Notes: generated by a model not told the origin, from the letters alone. A stretch of 60,993 bases of DNA from Candidatus Omnitrophota bacterium (GCA_016213925.1 JACQZH010000012.1:1-60993), one strand, 5' to 3'. Positions 36,990 to 44,939 are shown, numbered from the stretch's first letter. Numbers and translations are program-made.

Positions 36990-38342
36990 ATGCAAGGAAG
37001 AATACTTTTGGTTGATGATGAGCAGGATTTACTGGAATGGCTAAGCGTGGTTCTTGAGAATGAAGGTTATGCTGTGCGAGTTACTACTTCGGCGCAGGAT
37101 GCTTTGAAATTTTTTAAGCAAGAACAATTTGATATGGTAATTTCCGATATACGCATGCCTGATGTCAGCGGTATTGAGCTTTTAAAACTGCTTAAAAAAC
37201 ATGATCCGGAAGTGATAGTTTTAATGATTACCGCCTATGCTTCAGTTGAGACAGCGGTGAATGCTTTGCGTTTTGGCGCGTATGATTATTTATTCAAACC
37301 TTTTAAGCTCGATGAAATTAAACTGATAATTAAAAAAGCTTTCAGCCAGAAAAGGATTTTTGCTGATGACAAAGAGCTTGAGAAAAAATTAAAGGAGCGT
37401 TACCGCTTCGCGAATATAATCGGAAAAAGCAAGTCAATGCAGAAAATATTCGATCTGGTGGATAAAGTGGCAAAGACAAATACTACGGTATTGATACACG
37501 GGGAAAGCGGAACAGGAAAAGAGCTTATCGCCAAAGCCATCCATTATAACAGCCTTAGGGCGAGTAAACCGTTTGTTTCTATTGACTGCGGGGCTTTGCC
37601 GGATGAGCTTTTGGAAAGTGAATTGTTCGGGCATGTAAAGGGTTCTTTTACCGGAGCAATCTCCACAAAACAGGGCCTTTTTGAAGTCGCTGACGGCGGA
37701 ACTTTATTTCTTGATGAAATAGGAGAAACATCACAGGCTATGCAGGCAAAACTTTTGCGAACGCTTCAAGAGCGGGAAGTGCGCTCAGTAGGCGCAACTA
37801 AAACAGTCAAAGTTGATGTACGTGTTGTTGCCGCCACTAACCGGAATTTAGACGAAGAAGTAAGACATGAAAATTTTCGCAAGGATCTTTTCTACAGGAT
37901 AAGCGTAATTACCTTAAACCTGCCGAAGCTTTCTGCGCGCAAAGAAGATATTCCGCTGCTGGTAAATCATTTTCTTAAAAAATACCAGCATACTGCCAAA
38001 CAGTCAAAAAAGATATCGAATGAATGCCTTGACTTATTTCTTGAATATCCCTGGCCTGGAAATGTGCGTGAACTTGAAAATGCTATTGAAAGCGCGGTTG
38101 CTTTGGCTGAACAGGAAATTATTCTCCCAAAGGATTTGCCTTTGCGCATAACAAACGAGGATGCGGCTGAAGAAAAAAACCATGATGCAGAGGATTCCTT
38201 GAAAGGTAAGGTTGAAATGTTTGAAAAGGAGTTAATTGCAAAAACTATGACTGAAGTTGGCGGAAATAAAAATCTGGTCGCTAAAATATTAAAAATGACC
38301 AGAAGGAATCTTGATTATAAGATAAAACGTTATGAGCTCTAA
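36990..38342 (+). CDS. pilR: Sigma-54-dependent response regulator (NtrC family), PilR-like by context
   Basis: Receiver (VISDIRMPDVSG), AAA+ domain (GESGTGKE, GSFTGA loop, ELENAIE) and a C-terminal Fis-type HTH. Confidence 0.9.
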   Translation: MQGRILLVDDEQDLLEWLSVVLENEGYAVRVTTSAQDALKFFKQEQFDMVISDIRMPDVSGIELLKLLKKHDPEVIVLMITAYASVETAVNALRFGAYDYLFKPFKLDEIKLIIKKAFSQKRIFADDKELEKKLKERYRFANIIGKSKSMQKIFDLVDKVAKTNTTVLIHGESGTGKELIAKAIHYNSLRASKPFVSIDCGALPDELLESELFGHVKGSFTGAISTKQGLFEVADGGTLFLDEIGETSQAMQAKLLRTLQEREVRSVGATKTVKVDVRVVAATNRNLDEEVRHENFRKDLFYRISVITLNLPKLSARKEDIPLLVNHFLKKYQHTAKQSKKISNECLDLFLEYPWPGNVRELENAIESAVALAEQEIILPKDLPLRITNEDAAEEKNHDAEDSLKGKVEMFEKELIAKTMTEVGGNKNLVAKILKMTRRNLDYKIKRYEL

Positions 38343-38422
38343 CCAGTAACCAGTCCCCTCGAAAAATTACCTTTGGGTAAATTTTCGAGTTGGAGTCCCC
38401 GTAGGGGAAACCAGTAACCATG
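38341..38422. repeat. Segment bracketed by the direct repeat AACCAGTAACCA (38341-38352 and 38409-38420) and containing two hairpins
   Basis: Each bracket is two heptamers (AACCAGT AACCAGT / AACCAGT AACCATG). Hairpin 1 is 38358-38389 (13 of 14 bp paired, loop TTTG). Hairpin 2 is 38396-38408 (TCCCC gta GGGGA). Confidence 0.7.
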
Positions 38423-38423
38423 G

Positions 38424-38503
38424 CCTAAACCCTAAACCCTAAACCCTAAACCCTAAACCCTAAACCCTAAACCCTAAACCCTAAACCCTAAACCCTAAAC
38501 CCT
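38424..38503. repeat. Perfect heptanucleotide tandem array (CCTAAAC = CCCTAAA register), about 11.4 units; the complement is TTTAGGG
   Basis: 80 nt counted directly with no interruptions. Lies between the pilR stop and the pilA sigma-54 promoter. Confidence 0.95.
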
Positions 38504-38527
38504 GGCTTTCAGCTATAAGCTTATTTT

Positions 38528-38588
38528 GGAAAAATATTTCCCTTTTAGAAAATTTTTTCTAAGATTTTTTTTCTTGGAAATATTATCC
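38528..38588. promoter_or_regulatory. Candidate enhancer (UAS) dyads for the sigma-54 activator
   Basis: Near-palindromes GGAAAAATATTTCC (38528-38541) and TAGAAAATTTTTTCTA (38546-38561), and the related GGAAATATTATCC (38576-38588). They lie 80-140 nt upstream of the -24 element. Confidence 0.4.
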
Positions 38589-38665
38589 CCAAAAAGTTTA
38601 TTTTAATAATTCTATAACCTTTTTATTTCTAATATGTTGCAAATTGACGTGAAAAGCATGAGAGT

Positions 38666-38681
38666 TGGCATGCGGTTTGCT
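38666..38681 (+). promoter_or_regulatory. Sigma-54 (-24/-12) promoter of the pilin genes
   Basis: TGGCATGCGGTTTGCT fits the TGGCAC-N5-TTGCW consensus with one mismatch. Lies 60 nt upstream of the pilA ATG and downstream of a sigma-54 activator gene. Confidence 0.75.
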
Positions 38682-38740
38682 ATATTTGTTAGTGGACGAA
38701 ATTATTTTTAACTGTAACATTGTGGAAAGGGAGGTGTTTT

Positions 38741-39220
38741 ATGGGGCGTAAGGGGTTTACGTTGGTTGAAATTATGATCGTTGTCGCTATTATTGCTCTT
38801 TTGGCTGCGATAGCGATTCCTAACTTGCTTAGAGCAAGGTTGGGAGCTAATGAAACAGCGTCAATAGGCGCGTTGAAGACAATTTCTACGGCAATGGAAA
38901 ACTGGAGATCAAGACATAATTCTGATTATGCGGGTGCTACATTGGCAACTTTAGGTTCAGCGACTCCGCCGTATATTGATCAAGTATTAGGTTCTGCGGC
39001 CACTTCAACGAAAAACGGTTATCAGTTTACGATTACGCTTGATGGTGCTGTTGGCGGCAGGGTTATCGGGTATAACTGTACTGGCTCGCCTGTAGCATAT
39101 CAGCAGACGGGTGAACGTTGTTTTATTGTTGATGAGACCGGAGTTATTTGGGGTGTTGATCTTGGCGGCGTAGGGCCTGCAACTGATGCTAATAAAATTG
39201 CGGCTAACGTGCTTGAATAA
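38741..39220 (+). CDS. pilA: Type IV major pilin (paralogue 1)
   Basis: MGRKG|FTLVEIMIVVAIIALLAAIAIPNLLRARL class III signal peptide. RBS GGGAGG. C-terminal TGERCFIVDETG motif shared with paralogues 2 and 3. Confidence 0.9.
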   Translation: MGRKGFTLVEIMIVVAIIALLAAIAIPNLLRARLGANETASIGALKTISTAMENWRSRHNSDYAGATLATLGSATPPYIDQVLGSAATSTKNGYQFTITLDGAVGGRVIGYNCTGSPVAYQQTGERCFIVDETGVIWGVDLGGVGPATDANKIAANVLE

Positions 39221-39236
39221 TCAATTGGTATACGCA

Positions 39237-39275
39237 AAAGTGGCGAAACAGTTATATGTTTCGCCACTTTTATGT
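39237..39275 (+). terminator. Rho-independent terminator after pilA-1
   Basis: 13-bp stem AAAGTGGCGAAAC / GTTTCGCCACTTT with an 8-nt loop and a T-rich tail. Confidence 0.8.
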
Positions 39276-39305
39276 TTATAAATCTAAAATCAGGAAAGGC
39301 ATGTT

Positions 39306-39773
39306 ATGGATAGAAATGGGTTTTCCATGATTGAGGTTCTTGTTGCGATAGCGATTATGGGAGTACTTTTTGCAATAGCTATTCCTAATCTGGTGTGTGC
39401 CAGGATAAGCGCCTATGAGACAGTTGCCTTGACATCAATGAAAACAATCTCAAAGGCAGTGCAAAGTTGGTCTGTGCAAAAGGGAAGTTTTAAAGGAGTT
39501 AGTTTAGACAGCTTGGCGAATTCTAATCCGCCGTTTATTGATAGTTCATTAAAAACCGGGTATAAGTCCGGATATAATTTTGAGATTACGCTTGGAGTCC
39601 CGATTGCCAACGGCAGGATTTACAAGTATAATATTAATGCTTTTCCGAATAGGTACCGAAGCTCAGGAGAAAGGTCATGCCTTATTGATGAAAACGGAAA
39701 TGTTTACGCGAAGGATAATGACGGAATAAAGCTGGCAGAAGCGGATAAAATTCCGCAAAATATTTTAAACTGA
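39306..39773 (+). CDS. Type IV pilin (paralogue 2, more divergent)
   Basis: MDRNG|FSMIEVLVAIAIMGVLFAIAIPNL and C-terminal SGERSCLIDENG. Confidence 0.85.
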   Translation: MDRNGFSMIEVLVAIAIMGVLFAIAIPNLVCARISAYETVALTSMKTISKAVQSWSVQKGSFKGVSLDSLANSNPPFIDSSLKTGYKSGYNFEITLGVPIANGRIYKYNINAFPNRYRSSGERSCLIDENGNVYAKDNDGIKLAEADKIPQNILN

Positions 39774-39837
39774 TATTATCCCGGACAGGCAATCATAAAA
39801 ATCTTATTCAATTAGGAAATTTAAGAGAGGAGCGGTT

Positions 39838-40299
39838 ATGAAGAAAGGCGGATTTACTCTTGTTGAGATAATGGTTGTTGTAGCGATTATTGCGATTCTG
39901 TCAGTGATATCAATCCCTAATTTATTGCGTTCAAGGCTTACGGCAAATGAATCTGCCGCAGAATCAAATCTTAAGACAATTGCTTTAGCCTGTGAAAGTT
40001 TCCGCTCGGTTCAGCCTACACCTGCTTACCCTGCGGTTGCCGGGGATTTGACTGGCGCTACACCGGCATATGTAAACGCGGTGATTTTTGATGCAGCAGG
40101 CAGGCAGGGATATGTTTTTACTTATACTCAGATTTCAAATAGCGAATTTGTGGCTTGCGGGACGCCTGTTTCTTATCAGGCAACAGGAGAAAGGACGTTT
40201 GCTGTTGATGAATCAGGAGTGTTAAGGTTTCAGGATTTTGGAGCAAGTCAGAATGTTACGACAAAAATTGTTTACAACGCAATGACTGTTGTAGATTGA
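39838..40299 (+). CDS. Type IV pilin (paralogue 3)
   Basis: MKKGG|FTLVEIMVVVAIIAILSVISIPNLLRSRL, C-terminal TGERTFAVDESG, RBS GAGAGGAG. Confidence 0.9.
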   Translation: MKKGGFTLVEIMVVVAIIAILSVISIPNLLRSRLTANESAAESNLKTIALACESFRSVQPTPAYPAVAGDLTGATPAYVNAVIFDAAGRQGYVFTYTQISNSEFVACGTPVSYQATGERTFAVDESGVLRFQDFGASQNVTTKIVYNAMTVVD

Positions 40300-40335
40300 A
40301 CAAGGCATCAGGATATTTTTTTAAAAGGATGGGCT

Positions 40336-40434
40336 GTGAGAAAAGTAAAAGGCATAAATTTTATAGAACTAATGATTTGTATAGGAATGATTGCTTTCCT
40401 TGGTTCAATTTTTAAAATGGAAAACTTGATTTAA
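40336..40434 (+). pseudogene. Pilin N-terminal stub (32 codons: leader plus hydrophobic helix only)
   Basis: The GTG-initiated ORF encodes VRKVKG|INFIELMICIGMIAFLGSIFKMENLI*, with Gly at -1 and Glu at +5 as in prepilins but no globular domain. Confidence 0.5.
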
Positions 40435-40484
40435 ATGATGTTCAGTGCTAATTATAAGCTGTAGTTGATGTTAAAATATTTTTA

Positions 40485-40514
40485 TTGACAAATAACAGCA
40501 GTAAGTGTTATTAT
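40485..40514 (+). promoter_or_regulatory. Strong sigma-70-type promoter candidate with an extended -10
   Basis: TTGACA, 18-nt spacer, TGtTATTAT. It coincides with the alternative start of the 131-aa ORF in the supplied track. Confidence 0.55.
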
Positions 40515-40574
40515 TTATTTAATAAAATACATCTGTTTAAAAGGATAGTAAGTTTTGAAAAAGGAATTTCAAAA

Positions 40575-40880
40575 ATGACAAGGAAGTATATATTTGCCGA
40601 AGCAGGAGATTTTATTAATTTTCATACCATTCACAGAGCTAACCTGTATAATCAAAATTCTGAAAAATTCACTGTTTGCCGAAGTAAAATATGCTATATT
40701 GAAAAACGACTGGGTAAATCCATGAGTATGCTAGTCTCCTGGGAAGGGACTGCGCATTTTAGAAAAGGTTTACATTCGCGGCTGCAAAACTATAGCCTGA
40801 AAACTGTTGACAGAGTGTTGCCGCTTGAGTTTTTGCTGCCTGTACAGCAGCCAGGCGATTTAAGAAACCGCGGGCTTTAA
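40575..40880 (+). CDS. Orphan 101-aa ORF of unknown function (may instead be part of a long structured leader of the GGDEF gene)
   Basis: ATG with a weak RBS (AAAGGA). No recognisable family. The 3' half is relatively GC-rich and contains several hairpins. Confidence 0.3.
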   Translation: MTRKYIFAEAGDFINFHTIHRANLYNQNSEKFTVCRSKICYIEKRLGKSMSMLVSWEGTAHFRKGLHSRLQNYSLKTVDRVLPLEFLLPVQQPGDLRNRGL

Positions 40881-40903
40881 CCCGCAGAGTTCCATGTGAA
40901 ATT

Positions 40904-42187
40904 ATGACTAAGTTGGCGTTTTTTTTAACCATAATCGGTGTTTTGTTCCTAATTCTTTATTGGATAGTAACGCCTGTTATGGGTGCGGCTTTAACAGTGG
41001 TTTCTCTTCCGTTTAGTTTAGTCAGCGGAATTTTGATTTATCAAAAACATAAGCTAAAGAAAGAGTATGATGATATGGTGACGGCTTTTCAGATTGAGAA
41101 AGAGGATATCATAAAAGAGATACAAAAAAAAGAAAAACGGCGACAGGAGCAGTCAGATATAATTCGGGGATTTAGTAAAGAGCTTTCTGTGGTTTTTAAT
41201 AAAGAGCAGCTTTTAAGGATTATTGTGCAGCAGTTTTCTCAAATTACGCAGTCTTCTTCGGGAGAAAGTCAATGTTTTCTTTTGGTAAATGATCCGGGAA
41301 CTGAAGAATTTACTTACGAGATTGGTTATAACTTGGATAGGAATAGTTTGCGTGCAATGAATTTTTCCGCAAAAGATGATGTTATCCAAACAGTGGTAAA
41401 ATCAAAAAAAATATCAACTTATGTTAGTGATATTTTCGGCGGAGATTCAAATATACGTTATTTCTGGAAAGAAGACAGGCTGACGTATCTTTCTCAATTG
41501 GGTTCCTTGGCTTTGATTCCGCTTGTTCTTGAGGATAATGTTTGGGGAATTATAGTTATATTTTGCGGCGAGGATGCTGCGGCGCGGATAAAAAATGAAG
41601 AAGGATTCATTCTTTTGCTTGTGGCTCAGGCGGCAATTGCTTTGGGCAGTGCTATTCATCGCGGTTTGGCTTCAGTTGACCGTCTTACTCAATTATATAA
41701 TAGGACGTTTTTACAAAAAAGAATGCTTGAAGAGATAGAATTTTGCAACCGCCAGTTATTGCCGTTAAGCTTGATGATGATTGATATAGATTTTTTTAAA
41801 GAAGTAAATGATACTTACGGCCATCAAGAAGGGGATATGGTTCTCAAAAAGATAAGCCAGATTATTACTAATAATGTGCGGCTAACAGATATTTGCGCTC
41901 GTTATGGCGGAGAAGAGTTTGTCGTAGTTTTACCCGGTATCGCTGAGATCGCCGGTGATAAATTCTCTATTGCGGAAAGGCTGCGTAAATCTGTTGAAAG
42001 CGCTGATTTTTTCGTTGGAGTAAATAAACGCATAAGAGTTACGGTAAGCGTTGGAGTTTCAGTACGGCGGGCTCCAGATGATCAGGATTTAAATATGGAG
42101 AATTTGATCAAAAAAGCGGATGAACTGCTCTATAAAGCGAAAAAAGAGGGCAGAAACAGAGTTTGTTATTCGCCGGCAGAGGCTTAA
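40904..42187 (+). CDS. Membrane-anchored GAF-like/GGDEF diguanylate cyclase
   Basis: Two N-terminal TM segments, a central sensory (GAF-like) region, active-site GGEEF, and an RxxD I-site (RLTD) five residues upstream. Confidence 0.85.
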   Translation: MTKLAFFLTIIGVLFLILYWIVTPVMGAALTVVSLPFSLVSGILIYQKHKLKKEYDDMVTAFQIEKEDIIKEIQKKEKRRQEQSDIIRGFSKELSVVFNKEQLLRIIVQQFSQITQSSSGESQCFLLVNDPGTEEFTYEIGYNLDRNSLRAMNFSAKDDVIQTVVKSKKISTYVSDIFGGDSNIRYFWKEDRLTYLSQLGSLALIPLVLEDNVWGIIVIFCGEDAAARIKNEEGFILLLVAQAAIALGSAIHRGLASVDRLTQLYNRTFLQKRMLEEIEFCNRQLLPLSLMMIDIDFFKEVNDTYGHQEGDMVLKKISQIITNNVRLTDICARYGGEEFVVVLPGIAEIAGDKFSIAERLRKSVESADFFVGVNKRIRVTVSVGVSVRRAPDDQDLNMENLIKKADELLYKAKKEGRNRVCYSPAEA

Positions 42188-42219
42188 GAAAGTCAATCGG
42201 GCAAAAAAGAAGGTATCTA

Positions 42220-43914
42220 ATGTTTAAAAACTATAGGGAATCTATAGGCTTGGAAATAGGCGACGGATTAGTAAAAGCAATGCAGATCCGTTCTACAGAC
42301 AAGGAAAACAAACTTCTTGGATTCGAAATAGTAGAAGTTAATTTTCGTGATGGCCGTCAGGGTATTGTCAATGCGATAAAAGCTGTTCTGGAAAAACTTG
42401 GCGTTAATAGGAAAAAGCAGGAGATTAATATTTCAGTTTCCGGCGAATCTGTTATGGTCAGGGATATTCATTGGCCGCAAATGAGCGATGACGAAATCAG
42501 GAAAGCGCTTAAGTTTGAGGTTGAGCGCCAAGTGCATTATAAGATTGATGAGATTGTTTTTGATTATTATTCTGTGTTGGATAAAACTATAGCAGAAACA
42601 AAAACCCGGGTGATATTAGTTGCCGCTAAAAAGGATTTGATAGAAAATTATGCCGGCCTGATTGAAGCCGCAGGTTATCAATGCGGTTTTGTTGAAGTAG
42701 ATACTTTCAGCCTTTTGAATTGTTTTTATGTTAATGGGCCGCAGGTTTCTCCAGGAAAGGCGGTTGCGATTATAAATGTCGGGATGGAAGTGACGAATAT
42801 CGATATCATAAAAGGCAGAATTGTCGGATTAACAAAGGATGCTTTTGTTGCTTGGAGTAACTTGATTGACGCTTTGCCTGAAAATTTCGAGCTTGATTTT
42901 ACAAATATTAATGCGCTTAAAGGAATCATGGGCTCGGATGATATTTATGAATTGAGTCTATTTATTATCAACGCACTTTCTAATCAAATTCGAAGGACTA
43001 TCGAATTTTATGAAAGCCAGGGCAGAGATACCGTTGATGAGATTTTTTTGAGCGGCAAAGTAGTAATGTATAAAAATCTTGATAAGCACTTGCAGAACAT
43101 TCTTGGGTTGAAGGTGACGCGTTGGAATCCTATAAACAGCATCGACTGTAGCGCGCATAATTTAGATAAAGAGAAAATCCAAAAAAATTCGGAAATGATG
43201 GCGTTATGCGCAGGCCTGGCTTGCCACCGATCGTTCGAGATTAATCTTTTGGCTGCGAAAAAAGAAAAAAAACAAAACAAGCTTGTTGCTTTTTTGATCG
43301 AATATAAAGGCTTGTTATTAACGTTTCTGATATGTTTGAGTGTTTTTATCAGCTTATGGATAGTGCTTATTACACAGGTAAAAACAAAGGAAAAAAATAT
43401 TAAAATTCTTTTGAGGGAAAATGAAAAGCTCGCGTCTGTTATTGCTGAAATAGAAGAGATGAAAATGGGAAAGATGAAACTTAAAGAGCAAGAGCAAATT
43501 GCCCGTATTTTGCTTTCGCGGCGGATATATTGGAGCCGCAAATTTTACGATTTAAGTAAATGCCTTCCTGAAAAGATTTGGCTGACGGAGGTATATATTA
43601 AAGGAGCGGAACGTGTTTCCCATAAAGATCTTTTTGATTTCGAGATAAATCGGGGGTTGGGGAAAATAGCTGATTTGTCGAGTCCCACTATCAGTCAGGA
43701 AAAAATTCCGGAAATAAGTTTCGTGATTAAAGGAATCGCTTATTCCGCGCAGGAGGAAACAATGCTTTCGGACATAAATTCTTTCATATATGCTTTAAAA
43801 GAAAATAAAAATTTTATACAGGACTTTAAAAGAATCGAATTGAAAAGGTCGTTTCGCCAGCTTATTAAAGATACTGCGACGATGAGGTTTGAGATTGAGT
43901 GTTTTATAAAATAA
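42220..43914 (+). CDS. pilM: PilM-PilN fusion protein (actin-like ATPase fold, TM segment, PilN-like coiled coil)
   Basis: N-terminal IGLEIGDGLVKAMQI PilM-type start and actin-fold region of about 350 aa, then TM LLTFLICLSVFISLWIVLI and a coiled-coil/periplasmic part. ATG 42220 with RBS AAGAAGG. Confidence 0.8.
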   Translation: MFKNYRESIGLEIGDGLVKAMQIRSTDKENKLLGFEIVEVNFRDGRQGIVNAIKAVLEKLGVNRKKQEINISVSGESVMVRDIHWPQMSDDEIRKALKFEVERQVHYKIDEIVFDYYSVLDKTIAETKTRVILVAAKKDLIENYAGLIEAAGYQCGFVEVDTFSLLNCFYVNGPQVSPGKAVAIINVGMEVTNIDIIKGRIVGLTKDAFVAWSNLIDALPENFELDFTNINALKGIMGSDDIYELSLFIINALSNQIRRTIEFYESQGRDTVDEIFLSGKVVMYKNLDKHLQNILGLKVTRWNPINSIDCSAHNLDKEKIQKNSEMMALCAGLACHRSFEINLLAAKKEKKQNKLVAFLIEYKGLLLTFLICLSVFISLWIVLITQVKTKEKNIKILLRENEKLASVIAEIEEMKMGKMKLKEQEQIARILLSRRIYWSRKFYDLSKCLPEKIWLTEVYIKGAERVSHKDLFDFEINRGLGKIADLSSPTISQEKIPEISFVIKGIAYSAQEETMLSDINSFIYALKENKNFIQDFKRIELKRSFRQLIKDTATMRFEIECFIK

Positions 43915-43924
43915 AGGCTTTTTT

Positions 43925-44518
43925 ATGAAAAGGAATTTAAGCAAAAAAGAACAGGTTATGATTTCTGGTATAATATTGATTTTTTTGCTAATGGTTATGG
44001 CTTATAGTTTTATTTTTCAGCCTTTGATTAAAACGCTTATTGAGGATTCAAAAAAAGAAAATATTATGATAGAGCAAATGAAAAATGCCGAGAATATGGT
44101 TGCTGATAAAGAACGTTTGACAAAAGAAGTGGAAGAGGTCAAAAATAAAATCAAGTTTTATGAGCAGCGCCTGCCGTCAAAAGTCGATATTCCCCAGGTT
44201 TTAAGCGAATTGATAGATATAGGCAAGAAAACCAATGTAATATTTGATTCAATAGAACCATTGAATCCGGAAAAAATAACGATTAGTGAAATTGAGGGAA
44301 AGAATTATTTGGAAATACCTATTGAAATAAGGCTAAAAGGCGGATATCATGAGTTCGCTAAATTTGTTAATGAAATTGAAAATTTCAGACGATTCATGAA
44401 GGTTGATCAAATTAAGATCAGTTTAAATCAGGCTTCCAAAACAAAGCATGATATTAGTCTGGTAGTTAGCGCTTTTGGAGTTGAAGAAATTTCAAAAAAA
44501 GGTAAAGGGGCAAACTAA
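43925..44518 (+). CDS. pilO: Type IV pilus alignment protein PilO
   Basis: 197 aa with an N-terminal TM, coiled coil and PilO-like C-terminal domain (LPSKVDIPQVLSELIDIG ... GGYHEFAKFVNEIENF). Confidence 0.75.
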   Translation: MKRNLSKKEQVMISGIILIFLLMVMAYSFIFQPLIKTLIEDSKKENIMIEQMKNAENMVADKERLTKEVEEVKNKIKFYEQRLPSKVDIPQVLSELIDIGKKTNVIFDSIEPLNPEKITISEIEGKNYLEIPIEIRLKGGYHEFAKFVNEIENFRRFMKVDQIKISLNQASKTKHDISLVVSAFGVEEISKKGKGAN

Positions 44519-44519
44519 A

Positions 44520-44939
44520 ATGAAGTTCAGGCGCGGAATTTTGATTGCAGTTTTAATCGTATTAATACAGATTTGCTCAGTTTTAGCGCAAAATAGTTTA
44601 GATGAGGAAGAATCAATCAGTTTTGAAGGGTTTGTTTATGAATCAGAAGCGAACCGGGATCCTTTCTTTTCTCTGCTTGATAATTCTGGAGTGTTTATGG
44701 ATGAACAAGGACCGAAAAAAGAAGAAATATTGATGGAGCGTGTGCAAAAAGTGAGTGTAAATGGCGTTATCTGGGACCAGGATATGCCGTTAGTTATGAT
44801 CAATAAAAAGATTTACAAAAAAGGGGATATGATTCAGGAAGGGTTGCTGGTAAAGGAGATTAGAGCGGAAAGCGTAACGCTAGGTTATGAAGATCTTACG
44901 CATGTAATTTCCCTTGTAAAAAGGAAAAATCTAGATTAG
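44520..44939 (+). CDS. pilP: PilP-like periplasmic pilus assembly protein
   Basis: Signal peptide MKFRRGILIAVLIVLIQICSVLA, a C-terminal beta-domain (VNGVIWDQDMPLVMINKKIYKKGDMI..LVKEIRAESVTL), and position between pilO and pilQ. Confidence 0.55.
   Translation: MKFRRGILIAVLIVLIQICSVLAQNSLDEEESISFEGFVYESEANRDPFFSLLDNSGVFMDEQGPKKEEILMERVQKVSVNGVIWDQDMPLVMINKKIYKKGDMIQEGLLVKEIRAESVTLGYEDLTHVISLVKRKNLD

Noticed and set aside
38424-38503. The (CCCTAAA)n array as eukaryotic (plant-type) telomere contamination or a chimeric contig end.
   Set aside because: The array is internal. It is flanked within 100-160 nt on both sides by functionally linked bacterial elements: pilR on the left, and its sigma-54 promoter and pilA on the right. 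The flanks have the same AT-rich composition, and degenerate AACC heptamers grade into the array.
40485-40574. TTG 40485 as the start of a 131-aa protein, and likewise TTG 35689 as the start of the kinase.
   Set aside because: Both TTGs are the first bases of TTGACA/TTGACT hexamers that are correctly spaced from -10 elements. The added N-terminal residues have no RBS and no family support.
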